Counted from the stretch's first letter, positions 7,903-17,340 are shown. The stretch: DNA of 54,673 bases from a virus (IMGVR_UViG_3300020160_003718:1-54673); one strand, 5' to 3'. A program made the numbers and translations. The notes: a model not told the origin generated them from the sequence alone.

Positions 7903-10900
7903 ATGGCTGACAATTTAACTACGGCAACTATTGATGTAAGAGCAAATACAAGGGGTATGGAGAGAGATATCCTGAAGGCTCTTCAAACTGTTGAACTTTC
8001 ACAAATCAATACAAAGAAGAGTTCTCAGGCTTTGGGTAGGATTACGGGTCAAGTTTCTGAATTCAATAAGAGTTTAGAAGCGTCTAATGCTCGCGTTGTT
8101 GCTTTCGGGGCATCTGCTGGAGCTATTTTTGCGGTAGAAAAGGCTCTTTCGTCCTTGATATCCTCGACAATAAATGTTCAAAAGCAACTGGCTGACGTGA
8201 ACGTGTTGCTGAATCTTTCTTCTTCTAGTTTGGAAAAATTTGGAAGTAGTCTTTTTGATATAGCTAGAAACACAGCTCAATCTTTTTCGGAGGTTGCTAC
8301 GGCGGCAACAGAACTTTCACGTCAAGGCTTAGGGGTTGAAGAAACATTAAAAAGAACTAATGCCGCTCTTATTTTAACCAGGTTGAGTGGTTTAGATGCA
8401 AAATCTAGCGTTGAGGCGTTAACAGCTACTCTGAATTCATTTTCTGGGTCGGCTTTAGACGCGGTTGAGGTTGTTAATAAGCTGGCAAATGTGGACGCGG
8501 CTTTTGCTGTTAGTTCCGCTGATTTGGCTAACGCTATTAGTAGAGTTGGTTCTACCGCTGTTGACGCTGGCGTTTCATTAGATGAATTAATTGCTTTAGT
8601 TACTTCTGCTCAACAAACAACTGCTCGTGGTGGCGCTGTTATCGGTAACTCATTTAAAACAATTTTTACACGTTTGCAACGTGGAAAGGTTCAGGATTTG
8701 CTTGGTAGTCTTGGGGTTGATACTACTGAGGGACAAAGCGCAATTAGTTTGCTTCAGCAGCTGGCTTCTACTTATGATACTCTGGGAGCGTCTCAAAAAT
8801 CTTATGTAGCGGAACAAGTTGGTGGTGTTTTCCAAATTAACATTTTAAAAGCTGCACTTTCTGACCTCGGTAAAGAGTACAGTATATATGGTAGAGCGCT
8901 TGATACTTCTTTGTCATCTACTGATGAGGCGATAAGAAGAAATGAACTTTTAAATAAAACTGTATCAGCTCTTTCCAGTCAAACTGTTGCAAGTTTAGAA
9001 GAAGCAGCAAATAAAATTGGAACAATCGTTTTTGAGCCAAATGCTAAAGGATTTTTATCTGGATTTAATAATTTGTTAGAATCTTTTAATAATATAGATT
9101 CAGAAAGTGCCGGTGGGAAATTAATGGAGGGATTTTTCAAAGGTGTTAGTAATTTTATAGGTGGACCTGGTGCGGTTTTGGCAACAGCAGTTTTGGTAAA
9201 ACTGTTTGCTAGACTTGGGCAATTCGCCGCTGGTTCAGCCAAGGAGTTGCTTGGGACAAATAAGGCTGCTCAGCAACAGGCAGCAATAGAGCAAAGTATA
9301 CTGAGTATCTTGCAGAAGAACAGTCAATTTACTAGTCAAATATTGGCTGGTAAAATGACAACCGTTCAAGCTGAAAAGCAGATGTTAGATTACTTGACCG
9401 CTCAATCAAATATTTTAAGAGAACAAGAGAGATTGAGTAAAGTTATAGGTGCCAATTTGGCAATGAAGGGCGTTTCCGTTGGAGCTTCTGGCATACCAAT
9501 GACTGCGCCCGCTAAAAAAACAAAAGCGGCTGCTTCTGGATATATTCCAAATTTTGCCACAGATATGGCAGTTGGTCAGGCAATGGAAAGTGCTGGAGCC
9601 AGAGAACATGGTTATAAGGCTGGAAAAGCGAGAAAAACAACCATCCACGATGGTAATGGAAAATCATTTAAATCTTTTGTTAATAATAAAGAAGATGTAA
9701 AGACCTTTACTAATGCTGCTGGTAAAAAGGCTACAGTAGTTCGTCCGCCAAATGGATTTGGTGAAAATACTCAATATGCGGCTGGTGGATTTGTTCCCAA
9801 TTTTGCTGAAAAAAGAATAGCATCTGTTTTCAAGTCTGGATCGTCTTTGAGGGGGCTTTATGATACTGGTCCAGTCTTTGATATGTATAATGATTCGGCT
9901 GTGCTGAAATATGAAAGCTTGCCTAAAAAATACGAAGAATATAGAAAAGAAGGTAGATTTATCTTTGAGGAAGCTAGAAAAATTTATAATAATTCGGGCA
10001 ATGATATAGGAAAAGCAAATTCATATATATCAAAAAGAATTCCTGGCGGTTTTTCAAAAAAATTAAGCAAAGAGTATTTTGATAAACCATTTTCTGAAAA
10101 CGCTATAAATCCAATAGTTGGAGCGTTAGGCGAAAAAGATTTTTTTTCTAATAATCCTGAATTTTCTAAATTGGAAGATTATGTTGGTCCAGATTTTAAA
10201 AAGGGAGATTTGTTTGCAGAGGTAAAAATTCTTAGAAAAAAAATTTCAGAAAAAAAACTTTTAGAAAAGGCGTTAAGGGGGGCGGCGTATTCTTCTCCTA
10301 AAAAAACATTTAAAAATGAAGATAGGGATGTTATCTCGCCAAATTTAATTTTTGCTTCCGCTATAAAAGAATCCATGTCTTCTGGATTTGTCCCAAATTT
10401 TGCTTCGATGGGTAGCAAATTCAAGGCTATGTATGGTGGTGGAACCACAATGCGCGCTGTTGATAAAGAAAAAACCGCAAAGAAGAAAAACCTTGATGTA
10501 AAAAAACTTGATTTATCAGATAGATATACAATGGTTCATGGCGGCAATCAGGGTCTTGAATCGGCTAATGTTTCGCTAGAGGCTGGCAATAAGTTATTTG
10601 ATGCTAAAATAGCAACGGCTGGACTGAACACCGCCGGAACCAATTTGCAAAGATATGGAATTAAGGGATTGGTGGGAGACGCTTTGGTTGGTGCTACTAA
10701 TAACATAATTAAAACTTTTGGCGGCACGGAGCAGATAACCGACGCTTCTTCGTTGGACAACGCTGGCTCTGTTGGCTCTGCCGCTGGAACAGTTTTCGAA
10801 ACTGCTTTAAGAAAAGCGTTCAATGCTCCTGCTGTAAGTCAAACTCAAAGAATAGATTTTCCAGCTCCAACTCCTGAACTTAAAAAGTTTTTCCACAATG

Positions 10901-13900
10901 CTCCAGGGCAATATGAGGCTAAAATATCAAGAACTCCAGATAATTTAAAAAGCGCATTGAAAAAGTGGGTGGATGTTAATGGTCTTGCGTCTTCGGCTTC
11001 TGGTTTTGTTCCTAATTTTGCAAAATCTGGATTGTCATTTTCTCATAAAGATAAGGATGAATTTGGTTTTAGTGAAATTCAAGCCATAATGAGCGGAAAA
11101 AAGGTTGGATCATTTAGTTATGCTGAAGATAAAAAAGGATTGGTAGATGTTGGCGACTTTTCTGTTAACAAGAGTGAAAGAGGCAAGGGTATAGGCACTG
11201 AACTTTATAAAGAAGCAATAAGAAGAAATAGGGGCAAAAAAATGAAGGGGCAATTGCTGCCTCAAATGAATAGGTTATTGCAAAAGATAAAAAATGGCGA
11301 ACCCGTCTCTGCTGAAACTTTATACCCGCAAATTAAAAGAGCGGATTTAGCGAAAAGTTCCATGTTTGAAGTATATGGTCATAAGGGCATGACTGTTGAA
11401 AAAATGACGAGAGATCAATTCTCTTCTTTTGTTAATGCTAAAATTTCAGAACTTAAAAAAGACCCAAAAAAATTACAAAGCTATTTCGGAAATGTGGAGG
11501 CTGACGAATATGGCGGTCTTGGGGTCGATTTACAAACCCAACATGCTTCTGGCTTTGTGCCAAATTTCTTAGATATAAAAAGGGATGGCAGTTTGCCATT
11601 TGGAGTTAGAGGAAGAGCTAATTTTTCAAAACCAGGCTCGAAATCAAGTATCCAATTGGGAGTTGGAGCAACTCCAGACACGTTATTTCATGAGGCTTCT
11701 CATTTGGCTTATTCAAAAGCCACAATGTCAAAAGCTAATTCCAATGAGGGAATTGGTAGGTTCATTTCAGATCCTAAAAAATACGCTGGTGTTTCGTCCA
11801 TAATGGCTTCTTCTATATTTAAGAATGTAAATCAAAATGAATTGTTCAAATCATTAGGCTTGAATCCTGTTCAGTTGGATTTTGATGGTAGAAACCCGGG
11901 AGCTACATATTCTGGTGCTAAAGCAGTTGATGAAATTACTACAAGAATACAGGAAAAAATATTTAAAAATAAGGGGGACTTAGCTTCTCTTTCCGCGAAT
12001 GAAAATGCTTTTATTAAAAATGTTGAAGGTCTTGGTATTATAAGTAATAAGCGCATGTCGAATGTGTCCAGAAGATCTGCTGAGGGTTCGAAATTTAGAT
12101 CTCTAATTGAGGGTCGTTTTTCTTCTGCCATGGGCGGTGCGGCTGGTGGCTTTGTTCCTAATTTAGCCGATCAGGTTAGGAAAAATATGTATGATTGGGA
12201 CGGTACTATTATCCCAACAATACGAGGCGGCGCGGATGAGTATATAAAGCAATTGGGCTCATTAAAAGAAAAAGATCTTCTTCCGATAGGCAAAAAATTA
12301 AAAGCTGGCAAGAAAAAGTTTGATATATTAACGAGTCGCCCGCCGCTTTTTGAAAAAGCTATAAGCGAAACATCTTCAAGGCTCGGACTTCCTGTTAATA
12401 AGATTAATTTTGGTGTTAAACCAAAGGATAAGATTGCTGAAGCTGGAAGACGTGGCTCTAAAATTGTTGACGATAATCTTGATTTAATAGGAAAACCTGG
12501 TTTTTTAAACGCTAGGGTAGTTAATAAAAGATTAAGCTCTGGTTTTGTTCCTAATTTTTCAAGTGCTCTTAATGACGCAATCGCAAGAGAACAATCATCC
12601 GGATTGTCCAAGAGCCAAATATATGTTGATAGCCATAGCTCTTTAAAGAATAAAAATAACCCAATGGGGTTAATGGTGGCAAATAGGCGCGATGAGCCAG
12701 GTGGCGGAATTCAGGGAATTAAAAGAGCTAAAAAAGAGGGCAGGAATCCGAAAACTTATGGCGCGGGGATGTCGTCTGGTTTTGTACCAAATTTCGCTTT
12801 CTTGGGTCGCAGTGAAGCTGAAACTTCCGAAATAAATTCTTTGCAAGGTGAACTAAAAAAAATAGATTCTGAAATAGCGAATAGAAAAGCTGAAATAAAA
12901 AGTCGGCAGAAGGAATTGGCGGCTCTTAGAAATGATTTGAAGAAGGGCGCGGGAAACGCGGAGGCAGTCAAGCAGACTACGGATTTAGAAAACGAAAATA
13001 AGGGATATGAGCAGGCTAAATTAAAAAATCCTCAACTAAGTGCCGGGATGGATTTTAAAATTGCTGAAAATAATAAAAAAATAGCAGATATAAGAAATCA
13101 GCAAGCTGAAGCTATAAAAAAAGAAATTGAATCTACATTAGATATTAATAGGCAAAATCGTGACTTATTAACTGAAAAAATTAAAGAATCCGAGGTTGTG
13201 AATCAAAATCTTTCTACCAAGAAAAAAGAAACAAGTAAACTTGGTAAGGTGAAAAATTTTGTTGGTGGTAATGCCATGACTTTGGGTTTTGGACTACAGT
13301 CCGTTGCCTCTATTGCTGGAGAATTTGCGGGGAATGATGACACTCAAGCTGGCAGAACAACAAAGGCAGTGTCTGGGGGAATTGGGGACATAGCTAGTTT
13401 TGCTGGAACTGGAGCAATGATTGCTGGTCCTTGGGGGGCTGCTGCTGGTGCATTAGTTGGATTAGGCAAAGCGGCAATAGATGTTACGAAGGCTTTTAAT
13501 ACAAAAGTTCCAGATTTAGAAAAAGCGCTTCGAACCTCTTCTGATTCAATGGGTAGATTTAGCGAATCTGGTCAAAAATTATTGACTTTGAATGAGCAAT
13601 ATGGAGACGCTTTGATGTCTGGAAATCCAGCTCAAGCAGCGGACATAATGGTTAAAACTCAGCAGGCTTATGCAGAAGAATTGAGTAAGCTCACTGAGGT
13701 TCAAAGAAGCTCAATGATCTCTGCAATAGCTCAGGGCAAGGGGCAGGAAGAATATGCTAAAATACTTGGCGAGATGCAAAATTCCGTCAAGGCTCAAGAA
13801 ACTGCCACTCAATTGACTAAATTTTCTGAAAGTGGCAGTATATTTTCAGCGCCAGATAAAAAACTTTTAGCGGGCATGGACAAAGGATTGGCTTTGGATT

Positions 13901-16900
13901 TTACAAAAGGTATGGATACTGCCTCCATAACGGCGGCTTTGGAAAAATCAGCGCCATCTCTTTCTGACGCAAATCGTGGCACTGAAAATCAAGCACTAGA
14001 CTTGATGAAAAATTTAGCCAGCTCAGATTCTCTTACTGGAGATCAAAAAGAAAATTTGAATAAAATGATAGAGGCTTTTTCAAATGCTGCAGAAAATACT
14101 GATTTGAGCGCCGTTGCTGAAGGTTTTATAAAAAGTATAAAAGACAAGCCGAAATCTGACGCGGATGTTAAAAAGGCTCAGCAAGCTGCTAAGGTTGAAC
14201 TTGAGGCTAGAGCAGCGAAGGTGAAAAAAGAAATAGAAATAAGAGAGAAGACAAATGCGATGTTGATAAAGCTTCAATCGGATACTGAAGCTGTATACCA
14301 AAGATACAATAACTCAATGGAGGATTTTATTTCGTCCATACAGACCGCTTCCGAGATGATGGGCGCTGCTGGTCAGTTTAGGGAGGAATATTTGGCTCAA
14401 TCTGGGGCTAATAAGAATATTACAGACCCTATTAAAGAAAAAAATATAGTAAATAAAAGTAATGCTGATTTAAAGGTTGGGGTATATAAATCTCAACTAG
14501 ATACTAGTAAAAATTTCAACGAGGGAGTTAAAAGTTTATTATCTGGATTAGAAGCTGATTCGGCAAAAGCTGCAGTTGGGCAATCTGCAAGCGATCAATC
14601 AAGTCAATTTTTAGAGATGAAATCAAAACTTGAGCAGGCTCTTCTGCCTGTTGAAGAAATGATCACTAGCGGAAATTATGAAGGTGCCAAATCTAAAACT
14701 CAAGAGGTATTTGATCAGTTAAAACCGGAGGAAAGGACTGCAATTGGCGAAGATAAGATTGTTGGGGCGGTTAAGCAGCTGAATTCTGGAATTGATAAAG
14801 GTTCAAGAAGTCAAGATTTACTTGCTAAAAACTCGCAAAAAGATTTAGCTATCCAAGCCCAGCAGCTTGTATTTCAAAAAGCGATGACTAAGCTTACTCA
14901 GGCTCAAAATTTTGGAGGAACTTCTAATCAAATATTGGGCAATACTGAAGATTCACCATTTAATAAGGCTATTGAGGCTGTTACCAATGCTAAAATAATG
15001 GGATATAATCAAGCTGGATTGAAGCAAGGTAAAGAAAGCGCAGTTGAGGGCGGAGATAGGGAATCTTGGGGGGTGGATGGTAAAAAACCAAGTAATGCAA
15101 CGGCTGAGCAGATAGTGAATTTTTATAAGGCTGCTGGGGAGATTGGTGGGCAGTCAGTAATGTCAACCGAATCAAAAGATTTTGCAGCATTGATTCAGGC
15201 GCTAAGAGAGGAAAAGAGAAAAAAACTTGACGAACTTAAAGGAGCTGGTGAGGGAGTTGTAGATCAATCGGTATTTACAAGATTGGAAACGATCTTAGCC
15301 ACACTTGGCGGAGGTGATCAAGTTGCCAAAATGAAGCTAACAAACGAGTTGGGAGTTGCTAATTTTACTGGTAAACAAATACAAGATGAAGCATTGAAGG
15401 GATATACTGGCAGCGCTTTCCAGGGTTTAAATCCAGATCTTAAAAAAGCATTTGTAAATACCAGCGATGAAGGCGCGTCGGCTACATTTTTATTGCTTGC
15501 TGACCAGAAAAACCAAACGGCATCAATTCTTACTGGTCAAACTGCTCAAACAGATTCGCTTAATCAGGGGTTACAAGCTATAGTGAGCGCAGGCTTGGAT
15601 CAAAATGGTATATTGGCAGAACAACCTTCCGCTATAGCTCAAGCAATTGGAGCAATATTAGAAAAAGGTAGAGCCGAGCAAAAACAGGATCAATCGGTTC
15701 AAAAAGTTGCAGACTTAGTTGGCCAGGGGGAGAAGGTTGGTGCAACTATAGCGCAGAATGAGCAGTTGATATCGGAAGCAAGAACTAAATATGACGAAAT
15801 TGTTAAAAGTACAGGTTTTTCAGAAGAAGATTTAAAAGATGGAGAAAAATTAAAACAGGCTCAATCGTTTTTTCAGGGAAGAGGCAGGACAGAGTATATA
15901 GCGGAAGAATCAAAAAAAACAGGTAGGGCGCTTTCTCAATCTGATTATCAAAATAAATACGGAAAAACGGGATCTCTTGAAGAAAGAAGAAAAGGATATG
16001 TTGCGCAGCAATGGGATGAGCAAGCTAAACCTAATCAAGATTTTATAAATGCGGTAGAGGCTTTTAAGATGGCTCAAGAGCAATCAAAAATTATTAAAGA
16101 AAAAACAGGCGAAAATCAGGGTCTTACTAGTACAAAGCAGGAACTCAAAGCAAAGGAGATGACTGAAAGAAGTGCTCTGACTAAAATTATAAATGAAGAA
16201 GTAAACCCAAAAAGAAAACTTGCGGAAGTAGCTCAAAATACAATTTTAAATGAGCGTAGAACTGGGGGTCAAACTTACCTTGATAAGAACGAAGCTGCAA
16301 GGCAAGAAGCTGCCAAAAAGAAAGCTCTTGCGGAAAATCTTGGAATGCAGGATGGGGGAGATCTTACAACTGAACAACAAAAGAAAAATAAAGCCAGAAG
16401 TCAAGGACGTGGATTGGCAACCCCATCAGAACTTACTTTTAATAAGTTCAGTGGCAAAATGGATACATTCGAAAATGCTGCTATGCTTGAATTTGGTGGA
16501 GCTAATAACAAGTCTTTTGATAAGTTAATAAGTCAACAGGCTTTGCCAAGTTTTGAAAATTTTGCATCAGTATATGAAAAATTGGGAGGTGAAGGTAAGG
16601 GGCGAGAGTTTTACCAACAAACGAGGGCGGAATTGTTTGGAGCTGAAAAAACTGTGACTAAGCCAGCTGCTCCAGCTGCTCCAACTGCAACTACTCCTGA
16701 AAGCGTAAGTCAGGGAACTGCTGCCGCTATGGATCTTGAAAAGCGCAAGAAGAGCGAAATTGACAGTTTGATGCAGAAATATACAAAATATGGACAAGAT
16801 GGTAAAATGACATTTAATCCAAGAAATGGATTTGAATCTCAAGTAGAGCAAGAAGCATTCAATACAGAACTTGCAAATTTAAAGAAACAGCAAAGAGGAT

Positions 16901-17340
16901 ATACTTTAGAAAATGTTGGTGCCACTGGTCCAAATGTACAAGGAGCAACAACAAAAACTCAAGAACCTGCGGCAGCTCAAAAAACCAAACAAGAAGAGCA
17001 AAAGAAGCCTGAAACTGAAAAAGCGCAAGATCCTTCTCAATTAATTTCTAATATTTTAACAACTGTTAATCAAATAGCGGCGCAACTGCAAAAACAAGTT
17101 GCTCCAGCCGCAGCTGCTAATGGACAAGCTGGTGCTGTGGGACCAGTTAGCGTGAGTACGCCAGTAAACCTTTCAATAAACTCTACAGCTGGTGAAAATA
17201 AAACTGAAGTAGCAAGTGTTGCTGATCAAATAAAAAATGGCATATCTCAATTCTTTTCATCTCCAGAATTTCTGGAAAGAGTTACTACAATTGCAAAAAC
17301 TGCAGCTGGTAATCCTCCCCCTCCAAAGTCAATAGTGTAA
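7903..17340 (+). CDS. Tail tape measure protein with an internal array of enzyme-like modules
   Basis: N-terminal TP901-type TMP core (LFDIARNTAQSFSEVATAATELSRQG; RGGAVIGNSFKTIFTRL), long Ala/Gln/Lys helical regions, a Gly-zipper hydrophobic segment (GAMIAGPWGAAAGALVG) and canonical position. Confidence 0.92.
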   Translation: MADNLTTATIDVRANTRGMERDILKALQTVELSQINTKKSSQALGRITGQVSEFNKSLEASNARVVAFGASAGAIFAVEKALSSLISSTINVQKQLADVNVLLNLSSSSLEKFGSSLFDIARNTAQSFSEVATAATELSRQGLGVEETLKRTNAALILTRLSGLDAKSSVEALTATLNSFSGSALDAVEVVNKLANVDAAFAVSSADLANAISRVGSTAVDAGVSLDELIALVTSAQQTTARGGAVIGNSFKTIFTRLQRGKVQDLLGSLGVDTTEGQSAISLLQQLASTYDTLGASQKSYVAEQVGGVFQINILKAALSDLGKEYSIYGRALDTSLSSTDEAIRRNELLNKTVSALSSQTVASLEEAANKIGTIVFEPNAKGFLSGFNNLLESFNNIDSESAGGKLMEGFFKGVSNFIGGPGAVLATAVLVKLFARLGQFAAGSAKELLGTNKAAQQQAAIEQSILSILQKNSQFTSQILAGKMTTVQAEKQMLDYLTAQSNILREQERLSKVIGANLAMKGVSVGASGIPMTAPAKKTKAAASGYIPNFATDMAVGQAMESAGAREHGYKAGKARKTTIHDGNGKSFKSFVNNKEDVKTFTNAAGKKATVVRPPNGFGENTQYAAGGFVPNFAEKRIASVFKSGSSLRGLYDTGPVFDMYNDSAVLKYESLPKKYEEYRKEGRFIFEEARKIYNNSGNDIGKANSYISKRIPGGFSKKLSKEYFDKPFSENAINPIVGALGEKDFFSNNPEFSKLEDYVGPDFKKGDLFAEVKILRKKISEKKLLEKALRGAAYSSPKKTFKNEDRDVISPNLIFASAIKESMSSGFVPNFASMGSKFKAMYGGGTTMRAVDKEKTAKKKNLDVKKLDLSDRYTMVHGGNQGLESANVSLEAGNKLFDAKIATAGLNTAGTNLQRYGIKGLVGDALVGATNNIIKTFGGTEQITDASSLDNAGSVGSAAGTVFETALRKAFNAPAVSQTQRIDFPAPTPELKKFFHNAPGQYEAKISRTPDNLKSALKKWVDVNGLASSASGFVPNFAKSGLSFSHKDKDEFGFSEIQAIMSGKKVGSFSYAEDKKGLVDVGDFSVNKSERGKGIGTELYKEAIRRNRGKKMKGQLLPQMNRLLQKIKNGEPVSAETLYPQIKRADLAKSSMFEVYGHKGMTVEKMTRDQFSSFVNAKISELKKDPKKLQSYFGNVEADEYGGLGVDLQTQHASGFVPNFLDIKRDGSLPFGVRGRANFSKPGSKSSIQLGVGATPDTLFHEASHLAYSKATMSKANSNEGIGRFISDPKKYAGVSSIMASSIFKNVNQNELFKSLGLNPVQLDFDGRNPGATYSGAKAVDEITTRIQEKIFKNKGDLASLSANENAFIKNVEGLGIISNKRMSNVSRRSAEGSKFRSLIEGRFSSAMGGAAGGFVPNLADQVRKNMYDWDGTIIPTIRGGADEYIKQLGSLKEKDLLPIGKKLKAGKKKFDILTSRPPLFEKAISETSSRLGLPVNKINFGVKPKDKIAEAGRRGSKIVDDNLDLIGKPGFLNARVVNKRLSSGFVPNFSSALNDAIAREQSSGLSKSQIYVDSHSSLKNKNNPMGLMVANRRDEPGGGIQGIKRAKKEGRNPKTYGAGMSSGFVPNFAFLGRSEAETSEINSLQGELKKIDSEIANRKAEIKSRQKELAALRNDLKKGAGNAEAVKQTTDLENENKGYEQAKLKNPQLSAGMDFKIAENNKKIADIRNQQAEAIKKEIESTLDINRQNRDLLTEKIKESEVVNQNLSTKKKETSKLGKVKNFVGGNAMTLGFGLQSVASIAGEFAGNDDTQAGRTTKAVSGGIGDIASFAGTGAMIAGPWGAAAGALVGLGKAAIDVTKAFNTKVPDLEKALRTSSDSMGRFSESGQKLLTLNEQYGDALMSGNPAQAADIMVKTQQAYAEELSKLTEVQRSSMISAIAQGKGQEEYAKILGEMQNSVKAQETATQLTKFSESGSIFSAPDKKLLAGMDKGLALDFTKGMDTASITAALEKSAPSLSDANRGTENQALDLMKNLASSDSLTGDQKENLNKMIEAFSNAAENTDLSAVAEGFIKSIKDKPKSDADVKKAQQAAKVELEARAAKVKKEIEIREKTNAMLIKLQSDTEAVYQRYNNSMEDFISSIQTASEMMGAAGQFREEYLAQSGANKNITDPIKEKNIVNKSNADLKVGVYKSQLDTSKNFNEGVKSLLSGLEADSAKAAVGQSASDQSSQFLEMKSKLEQALLPVEEMITSGNYEGAKSKTQEVFDQLKPEERTAIGEDKIVGAVKQLNSGIDKGSRSQDLLAKNSQKDLAIQAQQLVFQKAMTKLTQAQNFGGTSNQILGNTEDSPFNKAIEAVTNAKIMGYNQAGLKQGKESAVEGGDRESWGVDGKKPSNATAEQIVNFYKAAGEIGGQSVMSTESKDFAALIQALREEKRKKLDELKGAGEGVVDQSVFTRLETILATLGGGDQVAKMKLTNELGVANFTGKQIQDEALKGYTGSAFQGLNPDLKKAFVNTSDEGASATFLLLADQKNQTASILTGQTAQTDSLNQGLQAIVSAGLDQNGILAEQPSAIAQAIGAILEKGRAEQKQDQSVQKVADLVGQGEKVGATIAQNEQLISEARTKYDEIVKSTGFSEEDLKDGEKLKQAQSFFQGRGRTEYIAEESKKTGRALSQSDYQNKYGKTGSLEERRKGYVAQQWDEQAKPNQDFINAVEAFKMAQEQSKIIKEKTGENQGLTSTKQELKAKEMTERSALTKIINEEVNPKRKLAEVAQNTILNERRTGGQTYLDKNEAARQEAAKKKALAENLGMQDGGDLTTEQQKKNKARSQGRGLATPSELTFNKFSGKMDTFENAAMLEFGGANNKSFDKLISQQALPSFENFASVYEKLGGEGKGREFYQQTRAELFGAEKTVTKPAAPAAPTATTPESVSQGTAAAMDLEKRKKSEIDSLMQKYTKYGQDGKMTFNPRNGFESQVEQEAFNTELANLKKQQRGYTLENVGATGPNVQGATTKTQEPAAAQKTKQEEQKKPETEKAQDPSQLISNILTTVNQIAAQLQKQVAPAAAANGQAGAVGPVSVSTPVNLSINSTAGENKTEVASVADQIKNGISQFFSSPEFLERVTTIAKTAAGNPPPPKSIV
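9538..12795 (+). repeat. Eight dispersed in-frame copies of peptide G[FY][VI]PN[FL] inside the TMP
   Basis: Copies at 9538, 9787, 10384, 11002, 11551, 12148, 12541 and 12778 (aa 546, 629, 828, 1034, 1217, 1416, 1547, 1626), each preceded by AS, SS or AG. Confidence 0.95.
17335..17340 (+). promoter_or_regulatory. GTGTAA motif overlapping the TMP stop codon
   Basis: GTGTAATAGTTTA, identical over 13 nt to the copy at 5575; ATG follows at 17347. Confidence 0.5.

Noticed and set aside
9538-12795. TMP modules as inteins or integron-like DNA cassettes
   Set aside because: No C/S...HN splice motifs and no palindromic attC-like DNA; the repeat is conserved at peptide level only.
10179-12971. Minus-strand ORFs with repeated KFGTKP/KLGTKP
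   Set aside because: They are the antisense shadow of the GFVPNF codons in the TMP frame.
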